A stretch of 64,000 nucleotides of DNA. Origin: Armatimonadota bacterium. Lineage in GTDB: Bacteria; Armatimonadota; SYMT01. Both the position numbers and the translations under genes were made by a program. The stretch lies in contig JAWLHY010000009.1 in assembly GCA_041690135.1 (NCBI GenBank), forward strand, positions 192,001 to 256,000, written 5' to 3'. Below are positions 9,429-17,672 of this stretch, in pieces (within the stretch, counting starts at the first letter, position 1; each line of letters opens with the position of its first letter). The notes beneath the pieces were generated by a model. That model saw only the letters and a program-made list of their open reading frames with translations, was not told the origin of the DNA and made no database searches.

Positions 9429-10118
9429 ATGAGTGTCGTTCGGGGAGGGATACTTCTAGCAGCACGCGCCTGCCGCATGCTGGCCCGGCAGTTGGGCAAA
9501 ATGGCGCCTGGCGGCGAGGTCTGGTTGGACGTGGGAGCTCATTACGGAGAAACGACCTTCAAGCGGGCCTATCGGGACCCATCCCTGACGGTCTACGCCT
9601 TCGAGCCCAACTTTCAGATCGCGTGCGTCCGGGTGGGGGTGCTGCCTAACTACCATGTTTTCCCCTTCGCGGTCTCCGAAGAAGAGGGATGCGCCACCTT
9701 CTACATTAACGATTACGAGGAAGCCAGTTCTCTTCTGCCGATCGACGAAGACTGCTTGAAGGAGTGGGTGGACGGACACGTGTTGGAGAGAATGTCGTCC
9801 ACCGTGGTGCCGACAGTGCGACTTGACACGTTCCTGGCGGCGATGCGTATTCCCTGGGTGGACTACCTGAAGATCGATACCCAAGGTGCGGATTTTGCCG
9901 TAATCCGGTCCGCCGGGGACCGTCTCAAAGACATCGGGCGGATTCGTCTGGAAGTGGCAACGACGGCCACCCCGCTTTACAAGGGGGGGACCGTGCGTGC
10001 GGAAGTAGAGGCTTACCTGCAGGATGCCGGTTTCGAACTGGTGGCGGAAGAGCCGCAGCACCATGGCCAGGAGACGAACTTGACATTTGCCAACCGTCGC
10101 CGGAAGAATGCTGCGTAG
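9429..10118 (+). CDS. FkbM-family SAM-dependent methyltransferase
   Basis: LDVGAHYG, YAFEPN, VRLDTFL, YLKIDTQGADF. Confidence 0.85.
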   Translation: MSVVRGGILLAARACRMLARQLGKMAPGGEVWLDVGAHYGETTFKRAYRDPSLTVYAFEPNFQIACVRVGVLPNYHVFPFAVSEEEGCATFYINDYEEASSLLPIDEDCLKEWVDGHVLERMSSTVVPTVRLDTFLAAMRIPWVDYLKIDTQGADFAVIRSAGDRLKDIGRIRLEVATTATPLYKGGTVRAEVEAYLQDAGFELVAEEPQHHGQETNLTFANRRRKNAA

Positions 10119-10281
10119 GCTGGCCCGCCCTATAAGCATTTTACCGCCCGGCAACATTGACCTCGGACGAGCGGGACGCGACGTAGATAGGGGTCGCCAG
10201 GTTTGTGTCGGTGCGGGGTGGGTATAGCTGAACGGGCCGAAAGGCACACTCTTACTTGACTACGGCGGGACGGAGTAGCAA

Positions 10282-10584
10282 ATGAGCGAGACAATCGACG
10301 TGACCCGGAGAGAGGATCTGGCGACGACCAGTCCGGAGCGTGCGCCCTCGGCGCCGGACTCTAGCCTGCTGCATCCCGCGGAACGCCCCATCGATTTGTG
10401 GCCGGAGGGGGTGCTTGCAGCGTTGGCGGGGATTACCCTCGTGGTGATCGGCTTCCGGCATCGCTTGTATCTGCAGCGCAAAGCTCAGGAAGTCCAGCGG
10501 ATGGTGGACGAGTTTCAGCGCGAGGGTGGAGTGGAAGAGATCAAGCAGGTCGCACGGCAGGCCGCGGAATTGCTGAAGGGTTGA
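10282..10584 (+). CDS. Hypothetical single-pass membrane protein
   Basis: GGAG RBS; one TM helix (GVLAALAGITLVVIGF) followed by a charged helical tail. Confidence 0.65.
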   Translation: MSETIDVTRREDLATTSPERAPSAPDSSLLHPAERPIDLWPEGVLAALAGITLVVIGFRHRLYLQRKAQEVQRMVDEFQREGGVEEIKQVARQAAELLKG

Positions 10585-10624
10585 TAAGGGGCCAACCCCC
10601 GAAGATACCGGTCCCCGAAATTAG

Positions 10625-10681
10625 AGGAAAGGGAGACGGGGAGCCGCCACTGCAAGTGACGGCTCCCCGTCTCCCTTTCCT
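10625..10681. terminator. Long hairpin between convergent genes, probable bidirectional terminator
   Basis: 26-bp arms around tgcaa; the single mismatch is a G.U pair on the minus strand. Confidence 0.7.
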
Positions 10682-10732
10682 GTCGGGCTCATGCGCAACC
10701 AAGAGAGCCCGGAACACAGGGATTGAGACGCG

Positions 10733-12229
10733 TCAAATTGGTGAACCGGGGCCATCGGGGCGTGCCATGGCGCGGGTGTCCACGGGGGCTTCCGACGGCT
10801 CGCCTTCCCCACCCTCACCTTCGTCAGTGGTCCGTGCCGCCAGTGTGTCGGTGCCGCAGATGGTCACCAGGGCCACCCAGAGACTTTCCGCCAGGCTGAC
10901 GCCGGCCACCCGCATCACCCCGAAGACGCCCTCTCCCCGTAACTTCAGCGTGACTGCGAACGCCCATGCGAGCACTCCCAGAGCGCCGCCCACCACCACC
11001 CCCACGGCGAAGATGAGCGCGAGGTGCATCCATGTCCGCTTGCCCGCCATGGTCACGGCTGTTCGGAAGGCTTGCCAACCCCCCGGGCCCTCATTGATGG
11101 CCATCACGAGGGCGGGCGCCAGGAGAGCATGAAATGGCGCGGCCAATACGAGCCCCATCAGCAGCAGCACATCCGCGCTGAAGCGACTTCGCAGTGCCAG
11201 CAGGATCCCGAAAACTCCCAGCGTGACCAGCGAATAGCCTAACGTGACCGGAAGTCCCCGAAGCAAACGCGCTGGGATGAGTTCGCGGTCCACGGCGAAT
11301 ACGCGCCCGTGGAACCACTGATCGGCCATCGCGATCATCGCCGGAGTCGCTCCCACGCCCAGAGCTACGGTCCAGACCAGCAGCCCCAGCCACTGGTGGT
11401 CGCCTTCCAGCCCGCGCAACGCCTGCGCGAGGAGCAGCGCGCCGATATTGGGCAACGCGAGCAAGGCGATCCACACGAGCGGCTGCTGGCCCCAAAGGTA
11501 GAGCGTGGCCCGGAAGAGACCCAGGAACCCGGGAAGTTGCTCCGGCTCCCAGCCTGGAAGGGGCGGAGGGGCTGGTAAGAATTCGTCCGCCTCTCCCGGA
11601 ACGTTGAACGGGTCGAAACGGGTCGCCGGCCGGCGGCGGAAGGCTGGGCGTGTATCCGTCTCTGCCGGCATGCCTTCCGGCAGGGACGCCGATCGACCGG
11701 CCAGGGCGGTGCCGGGCTCGGTGCGGGCTTCCGGGGAAGCGGGTACCGTCTCATCCTCGGAGAGGGGGGGACGTACGTCTGTGTTCGAGGCTTGCTCTCT
11801 GTCGCGGGGACTGGTTCCAACCGCGAACGTTCCCGGAGCGCGGGTTTCCCCCTGGAAAGAGGTGCTGCTCGGGGCCGATGCCGAAAGCGCGGCCAACTGC
11901 GCGCGCGCGCCCGGGAACTCCGGTTCGAGACGGAGTACCGCCTCGAACCGGAGGCGGGCCTCCCGCGCACGCCCCGCAGCCTGAAGAACCCTTCCATACT
12001 GGAACAGGATGTCCGCGCGATGGGGTTGGAGATAGTGCGCGGCCTCCAGCACTTCCAGCGCCTCCTCCGTCCGGCCCGCGCGGGCGTGCACCACTCCCAG
12101 AGCGGCCTGGAGATCCGCATTGGAAGGATCGAGGTCCAGATGCTCCCGCAGGCGGCTGGCCGCTTCCTCCGGCGCGAGCTTATCTATCAGCCGGAGAGCG
12201 CGACTGAATACGGTGTCGTGGTCGGACAG
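10733..12229 (-). CDS. TPR-repeat protein with Pro/Ala-rich linker and multi-pass membrane C-terminus
   Basis: TPR-like helices (..LDPSNADLQAALGVVHARAGRTEEA.., ..LQPHRADILFQYGRVL..); about 6 TM helices; the frame stays open upstream of the listed GTG to a CTG with a GGAGA RBS. Confidence 0.7.
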   Translation of the reverse strand: MSDHDTVFSRALRLIDKLAPEEAASRLREHLDLDPSNADLQAALGVVHARAGRTEEALEVLEAAHYLQPHRADILFQYGRVLQAAGRAREARLRFEAVLRLEPEFPGARAQLAALSASAPSSTSFQGETRAPGTFAVGTSPRDREQASNTDVRPPLSEDETVPASPEARTEPGTALAGRSASLPEGMPAETDTRPAFRRRPATRFDPFNVPGEADEFLPAPPPLPGWEPEQLPGFLGLFRATLYLWGQQPLVWIALLALPNIGALLLAQALRGLEGDHQWLGLLVWTVALGVGATPAMIAMADQWFHGRVFAVDRELIPARLLRGLPVTLGYSLVTLGVFGILLALRSRFSADVLLLMGLVLAAPFHALLAPALVMAINEGPGGWQAFRTAVTMAGKRTWMHLALIFAVGVVVGGALGVLAWAFAVTLKLRGEGVFGVMRVAGVSLAESLWVALVTICGTDTLAARTTDEGEGGEGEPSEAPVDTRAMARPDGPGSPI

Positions 12230-12374
12230 GGAACTTTCTCCGTGGTCGATGCATAGAAACCGCCGTCAACTGCGGCGGCCCGGCTCAGGCCATGTTTACG
12301 GCCGAATGGCGGCCGGTTCCTTCCCACGGTTCATGCCGGCGGGAATGTAACAAATGAAATCTTACCGTTCCGAG

Positions 12375-12402
12375 TCGAGTCGAGGAATCCGGATGCCGAC
12401 AT
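12375..12402 (+). promoter_or_regulatory. Candidate sigma28-like promoter of the polysaccharide locus
   Basis: TCGAG-N15-GCCGACAT resembles TAAA/TCAAG-N14-15-GCCGATAA. Confidence 0.4.
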
Positions 12403-12413
12403 AACCCTTGGAT

Positions 12414-12551
12414 CGCTGGAAGCCCGCGATGTGACATTTTCGGTCAAGTAGGGAGTGGAGTCGCAAGGCTCTTGACCGGCAGCGAGGGAGACACCTATTC
12501 TTAATAGATAGGTAAACTTACAACCACCCGGAAACCGGCCAATCTCCAGCG
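12414..12551 (+). promoter_or_regulatory. Structured 5' leader of the NusG-paralogue gene
   Basis: Closing stem cgctgga/tccagcg encloses cggtcaa/ttgaccg plus gagtc-GCAA-ggctc, acctat/ataggt and ccgg-aaa-ccgg. Confidence 0.5.
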
Positions 12552-12560
12552 GACGTTATC

Positions 12561-13073
12561 ATGAGTAGTGATTCTGCAGCATGGTATGCGTTGTACACGC
12601 GCAGCCGCCATGAGAAGCAGGTCGCCGCATTCCTGGAACGGCAGGGAATCGAAACCTATCTGCCACTACGTCGGGTCTGGAGTTCCCGCCAGGACCGCCG
12701 GGTGACTATTCAAATTCCGGCGCTGCCAGGCTACGTGTTCGTCCGCTGCACTCTCTACGCGGAAACCCGCGCAATGATCAAGCGCGCATCGGGGGTGTTG
12801 CGCCTGGTGGAGAACGCAGGACGCCCCGCGGCGATTCCCGATACGCAGATCGCCTCACTCCGGAAGGCGCTGGCGAACTCCTTCAACGCGGAAGGACATC
12901 CCTACCTGAAGGTTGGCGATCGCGTGCGGGTGGCCCGAGGGCCGATGGAGGGGGCTGAAGGGTATCTCGTGCGGGTGGCGGAGAACAAGCACCGTTTGGT
13001 GATCGCGGTGGACTACGTCAATCAGGCTCTGAGCGTGGAGATCGACAGTAGCTGCGTGGAGGCTGCCGCGTGA
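12561..13073 (+). CDS. Specialised NusG-paralogue transcription antiterminator (UpxY/LoaP/RfaH-like; NGN + KOW)
   Basis: WYALYTRSRHEKQVA, YLP, PALPGYVFV (NGN); LKVGDRVRVARGPMEGAEG (KOW); first gene of a polysaccharide locus and outside the secE-nusG-rplK context. Confidence 0.92.
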   Translation: MSSDSAAWYALYTRSRHEKQVAAFLERQGIETYLPLRRVWSSRQDRRVTIQIPALPGYVFVRCTLYAETRAMIKRASGVLRLVENAGRPAAIPDTQIASLRKALANSFNAEGHPYLKVGDRVRVARGPMEGAEGYLVRVAENKHRLVIAVDYVNQALSVEIDSSCVEAAA

Positions 13074-13474
13074 GCCTCGGCACGGTGTGCGAATACCGGC
13101 CGGCCGGCACTTCTGCGGAAGAAAAGCGCGAAAACACTCGCCGAATCGGGCGGTGGCTGCATTCGGATGCATGGTGTTCCCACGAGCCGTCGCCGGGTAA
13201 TAGGGCATCCAACCGCCATCAATGCGACCTCCATGGAAACTACCGCGACTCCTCGACGCAGGCAACTATACCAGGGGGCAGCGCCGGTTGACCTGGCATA
13301 CGGACGTGACCGGAGTTGCCTGGTAAGCCGCGCCGAAGGCGGGAGGGGTAGCGGCGGTTCGTTCCTTCATCGGGGACTCCCGGTCGTGTGATCGAGAGTG
13401 CTGCGCATTGTACGCAACGGCATGGGAGTCAGCGAGGATGGGAGCTGGCTCCCTTTCATCACGAGGTAGTTCGC

Positions 13475-13738
13475 ATGGGTGACACAGGTAGCCTGCAGGG
13501 AGCCGCAGTGGAGCTCTCGCCGTGCCCTTCTTCCGGTCAGTCGCTCGAAGGCGTATTGTTTGAGCTCGAGGAGCGATACGGTCGGTTGTGCGCAGAACTG
13601 GCGACGGTCGAAGCACGCCTTCGCCAGTTACGTACCGCCGCCGAAGTATGTCCGATGTGCGGCGGGTCGGGAGAGCGTTGGGTGCGAGGCGGGCTCTATG
13701 GTGAGTTGCAGCAGCGTCCCTGTCCTTGCCAGGGCTAG
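13475..13738 (+). CDS. Small hypothetical protein: coiled coil plus CxxCxGxG...CxC putative Zn finger
   Basis: GAGG RBS, ATG 13475; heptad LFELEERYGRLCAELATVEARLRQL; CPMCGGSG...CPC. Confidence 0.65.
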   Translation: MGDTGSLQGAAVELSPCPSSGQSLEGVLFELEERYGRLCAELATVEARLRQLRTAAEVCPMCGGSGERWVRGGLYGELQQRPCPCQG

Positions 13739-13821
13739 ACCTCTGCCCTCACCCTTTCAAGTGCTTTTCCAATTCGCGTCGATCGCTATAGACAACCCCG
13801 CATCAGGAAAGGGGAGACAGC

Positions 13822-16236
13822 ATGCCAGCTAACCTGGAAGAAGAAAGCTCCGGCCCCGAGTTTTCCATCCGTGACATCACGGATACACTCCGTCGCCGGA
13901 AGTGGGTGATTATCCAGGCATTCGTCATCGTGAGCGTCATCGGCCTCGTGACGGCCGCTCTCTCACCACCGGTCTACAGCACCGCTGGTCGGATGCTGGT
14001 GGAAACCCCTTCGAACAACAACTTTATCCTGACGCAGTTGGATGCCAAGGACCCGCTCAGCGCGCTGACCGTCCTGCGACAGAAGCAGAACGTTGAGACC
14101 CAGCTCGCCATTCTCCGCAGTTCCGAGTTCCGCCGGCGGGTGAACAACCGGCTCGGTGACATGGCGGGTGAGGCCGTGAGCCTGTCCTACCAGCCGCAGG
14201 AGGGCACCGGCATCATTATCGTTGCCGCGGAAGGCACCAATCCCAAGGCTTGCGCGGAGTGGTGCAACGTCTCCGTTGCCGAATACGTGGACTTCACGGC
14301 GGAGACGAACCGCCGCGCCATTCGCCAGACCCTCAAGTACCTGCGCGAAGAGCGTTCCAAAGCGGAGACCGCCCTGGCGGCCGCCGAAAAGGAATTGACC
14401 GCTTTCAAGCGGCGGACCCAGTATTCCGACAGCGACGAGGAGCGGGTCCTGCGCTTGAAGGAAGCCCTGGAGGCGCGCCAGCGTGCCGGGGCCGCCAAGC
14501 AAGAATTGCTGACGCTGGAGACCAAGCTGGCCGGAATCCAGGCGCGCCTGGACGCCGAGCCCGAGTCGTTGAATGAAGTGCGCATCATTCCCAATCCGGA
14601 AGTGGAAGCCTTCCGCGGTCGGATCGCGTCACTGAAGGCCGAGCGTGCCGTAAAGCTGGGTGAATATCAGGAGACCAGCGCCGTCATTATTGAGCTCAAC
14701 GCCCAGATTGAGGAATTGGAGAAGCAACTCGAAGGGCGTCCTCTGGTCATCAAAGAGACGTATGAAAAGCCCAACCCGAGGCTCCTGGAACTCCGCTCCC
14801 AATTGGATGACCTCCACCTCCAGAAGGCGACCTTCGAAGCGCAGTACAAGCAGCTCGCCTCGATCGCCATCCCCGCGGTTCAAAAAGTGGAGCAATTCGC
14901 GCCCTGGCAGGTGGAGCTCGGAAAGCTCGAGCGCGAACGCGCGATGTCGGAGAAGACGTTCATCGACTACGACACGAAGTTGCGCGAACTGGAGGTCCGT
15001 CAGGAACTGGTTGGAGCGACCGCGCAGTTGATGGAAGAAGCACCGGTACCGGGCGTTCCTATCCGTCCGCAGAAGGCGCAGCAGGTCGCCATGGCGGCGA
15101 TGATGGGCCTGCTGCTCGGCGTGGGCTTTGCGTTCCTCCAGGAGTTCCTCGACGACCGGGTGAACACGTCGGAAGACATCGAGCGGATCACGGCCCTGCC
15201 GACGCTCGGCGTGGTGCCAACGATTCCGGAGAGCCACAACCGCCTGCTGATCGGGCACGATGCCCTTTCCCCAGTCACCGAGAGCTACCGGTCCCTGCGA
15301 ACGAGTGTCCTCTATTCCTCGGTGGATAACCCGATCCACACGATGATCGTGACCAGCGCGCATCCGGGCGAAGGCAAGTCGATCACCAGTGCTAACCTGG
15401 CTATCGCGATGGCCCTGCAGGGCAAACGCGTCATCCTCGCCGATGCCGACCTGCGGCGCCCGAGCGTGCACCGCATGTTCCGCCTGGAAGGGGAGCCGGG
15501 TCTTACTTCCGTGCTGGCCGGTGAAGTCTCCCTGGAAGATGCGCTCCATCCAACGGCAATCGAGGGGTTGACAGTGCTCTGCTGTGGGGCATTGCCGCCG
15601 AACCCGCCGGAACTGCTGAACAGCCAGGCCATGATGGACCTGATGGCCCTGATGCGCGAGCACGCCGATCTGATCGTCTTCGACACCCCGCCGACCATTC
15701 CGGTGACGGACGCTCAGGTGCTGGCGAGTGTCACGGATGGGGCGGTGCTGGTGGTGGAAGCCGGCCAGTCCCGCAAAGCGGCGGTCAAGCACGCGCGCGA
15801 CCTGCTGGCCCAGACCCACTCGCGAGTGCTGGGGGTGGTCCTCAACAAGATCGACCAGAGCAGCAAGGGTTACTACTATCACTACTACTACCGCAGTGGG
15901 TACCGGCGCTACAAGAAGTACGGCTATGGGCGCAAGGGCTACGGCTACGGCTATGGCGGTGGCCAGGGCTACGGCAGCGGCAAGGGGTACGGCTACGGCA
16001 GCGGTGAGGGCTATGGCCAGAGCTATGGCTATGGCGAGGGTTACGGCTACGGACAGAGCTACGGCTACGGCGAGGGCTATGGCGAAGGGCGAGGGCGGCA
16101 TCGCCTGGGGGCTGCAGGGGTCGATACCGAGACTCTCTCTCCCCACGAAATGGCCGGAGGTGACTTCCGACCGGAACAGGCGGAAGAACAGGAAGAGCGG
16201 CCGCGGCTGCCCGACCGCCTGCGAGACTGGGAGTAA
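13822..16236 (+). CDS. wzc: Polysaccharide co-polymerase / BY tyrosine kinase (Wzc-like)
   Basis: Two TM helices flanking a periplasmic coiled coil; ESYRSLRTS, Walker A SAHPGEGKS, Walker A' ADADLRRP, Walker B FDTPP; C-terminal Tyr cluster. Confidence 0.95.
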   Translation: MPANLEEESSGPEFSIRDITDTLRRRKWVIIQAFVIVSVIGLVTAALSPPVYSTAGRMLVETPSNNNFILTQLDAKDPLSALTVLRQKQNVETQLAILRSSEFRRRVNNRLGDMAGEAVSLSYQPQEGTGIIIVAAEGTNPKACAEWCNVSVAEYVDFTAETNRRAIRQTLKYLREERSKAETALAAAEKELTAFKRRTQYSDSDEERVLRLKEALEARQRAGAAKQELLTLETKLAGIQARLDAEPESLNEVRIIPNPEVEAFRGRIASLKAERAVKLGEYQETSAVIIELNAQIEELEKQLEGRPLVIKETYEKPNPRLLELRSQLDDLHLQKATFEAQYKQLASIAIPAVQKVEQFAPWQVELGKLERERAMSEKTFIDYDTKLRELEVRQELVGATAQLMEEAPVPGVPIRPQKAQQVAMAAMMGLLLGVGFAFLQEFLDDRVNTSEDIERITALPTLGVVPTIPESHNRLLIGHDALSPVTESYRSLRTSVLYSSVDNPIHTMIVTSAHPGEGKSITSANLAIAMALQGKRVILADADLRRPSVHRMFRLEGEPGLTSVLAGEVSLEDALHPTAIEGLTVLCCGALPPNPPELLNSQAMMDLMALMREHADLIVFDTPPTIPVTDAQVLASVTDGAVLVVEAGQSRKAAVKHARDLLAQTHSRVLGVVLNKIDQSSKGYYYHYYYRSGYRRYKKYGYGRKGYGYGYGGGQGYGSGKGYGYGSGEGYGQSYGYGEGYGYGQSYGYGEGYGEGRGRHRLGAAGVDTETLSPHEMAGGDFRPEQAEEQEERPRLPDRLRDWE
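15871..16089 (+). repeat. Low-complexity Gly-Tyr coding repeat (ggctac/ggctat units) in the Wzc tail
   Basis: Translates to YYYHYYY...GYGYG...GQSYGYGEGYG x2; 24 Tyr. Confidence 0.9.
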
Positions 16237-16303
16237 CGAGTTGCTTACACGACGATTTCTCCGCACGGAAGGTGCTTGGGTCCAAGGAAGGAGGGGGAAC
16301 GGA

Positions 16304-17569
16304 ATGAGCTACTTCGCATCCACCTGGCGCTACGCGGTGGCGGCCGCATGCGTCATCGGGACGGCAACCGTCGCTCCGGCGCGCGCGTTTGCCCAGCAGG
16401 CGGCTCCGGCTCCGGTGGCTCCGGTGGCTCCGGTCGTCTCGAATGAAATCCCGGACCGCGACCATGTTCTCGGTCCCGGCGATGTCATTGAGATCACCGT
16501 CGAACGTTACCCAGACCTTAGCCGCACGGTCACCCTCTTCTCCGACGGCACCATCGATCATCCCACCATCGGAGCGGTGCAGTGCGCCGGCTACAAGACG
16601 GGCGAGCTTGCGCTGCGTCTGGTGGAAGCCTTCAAGAAGGAACTGCGACGTCCCACCGTCCATGTAGCGCTACGCTCCAAGTACGTACCTCCGAAGGTGG
16701 AGGTGAAGGTCGAGATCCCCAAGATCACCGCTCTCGGCGCCGTCTCGCGGAAAGGTATGATCGAACTGCCCCAGCCGAAGCCCCTACGGCTGGTACTCGC
16801 GGAAATCACCCCAACCGCCGACGCCGATCTCACCAAGATCTGCGTCCGCTATCCGGATGGAACGCGCCGTTTTGCGGACTTCAGCCAGTTCGACCTTAAA
16901 GGTGAGTCCGAGGACGACTTCCTGATCAAAGGCGGGGAGGAGATCATCCTGACCGAGCGGCCGGCGGTGCAGAAGCCGGATCCCATCAAGTTCAAGGTAT
17001 TGGGGGAAGGGGTCAACAAGCCGGGCGAAATCACCACCGAGGGGAACATCTCGATCCTGGAAGCCATTGAACGAGCCGGCGGTTTTAAACCCAGCGCTGA
17101 TCTGGAACTGGTGGAGGTCTTTGGCCCTAACCACAAGCAGACGAAGATCGTCGACGTCGAGAAGTACATGTTCGGTGACGTCACCGCCAACTACGTGGTC
17201 CAGGGGACGGACGTCATCAAAGTGCCGCTCAAGAAGCTGGAAATCAGCGTGCTCGGTGAAGTCGGCCGGCCGGGAGTGATGAACATCCGGGAAACGGAGA
17301 CACTCCTGAGTGTCTACCTGGCGGCCGGGCGGTCCACCGGTGGGGATGCGACGAAAGCCCAGTTGATCCGCCGGGGGAAGGACGGGAAGGCGGTATTCAA
17401 GGTGGTGAATATCCGCGAAATCGAGAAGCAAAAGAAGCCGGATCTTCCGCTCATGGCGGGAGACGTGGTCTTTGTTCCCCACAAGAAGACCAAACGCGGC
17501 CTTGTGTACTATCTGCAGGCGATCGCCACTCCGCTCTGGTTGGCCAGGTCGATTTCGCCCGTTCCCTAA
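16304..17569 (+). CDS. Polysaccharide export protein (Wza/OPX; Poly_export + SLBB domains)
   Basis: GGAGG RBS; HVLGPGDVIEITV..DGTIDHPTIG, AIERAGGF, VLGEVGRPG, LMAGDVVFVP; C-terminal amphipathic helix. Confidence 0.9.
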   Translation: MSYFASTWRYAVAAACVIGTATVAPARAFAQQAAPAPVAPVAPVVSNEIPDRDHVLGPGDVIEITVERYPDLSRTVTLFSDGTIDHPTIGAVQCAGYKTGELALRLVEAFKKELRRPTVHVALRSKYVPPKVEVKVEIPKITALGAVSRKGMIELPQPKPLRLVLAEITPTADADLTKICVRYPDGTRRFADFSQFDLKGESEDDFLIKGGEEIILTERPAVQKPDPIKFKVLGEGVNKPGEITTEGNISILEAIERAGGFKPSADLELVEVFGPNHKQTKIVDVEKYMFGDVTANYVVQGTDVIKVPLKKLEISVLGEVGRPGVMNIRETETLLSVYLAAGRSTGGDATKAQLIRRGKDGKAVFKVVNIREIEKQKKPDLPLMAGDVVFVPHKKTKRGLVYYLQAIATPLWLARSISPVP

Positions 17570-17590
17570 GTCCGTTCGGAAGAAGAGCTC

Positions 17591-17638
17591 CACGCGCGCC
17601 CGTAGCCGGTCCTTCGCGCTCGGCTACGGGCGCGCGTG
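17591..17638 (+). terminator. Perfect 18-bp intra-operon hairpin (terminator or mRNA stabiliser)
   Basis: cacgcgcgcccgtagccg / cggctacgggcgcgcgtg with a 12-nt loop; no U-tract. Confidence 0.55.
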
Positions 17639-17672
17639 CGGTTAGTTGGTTCCTGGTGGGGAGATCCTGTCC

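Noticed and set aside
10256-10281. TTGACT as a sigma70 -35 for the 10282 gene
   Set aside because: No acceptable -10 hexamer at 16-18 nt spacing.
12414-12551. Known riboswitch (c-di-GMP-I/II, SAM, cobalamin) in the leader
   Set aside because: The conserved cores of these classes were not found by eye; kept only as an unassigned structured leader.
15728-16303. Listed N-terminal extension of the Wza-like ORF (TTITTTT, ATATAMA repeats)
   Set aside because: This is an alternative-frame reading of the wzc Gly-Tyr tail; the real start with an RBS is 16304.
16402-16434. 9-bp repeats gctccggtg in the wza-like gene
   Set aside because: They encode an ordinary APV linker after the signal peptide; in-frame and unremarkable.
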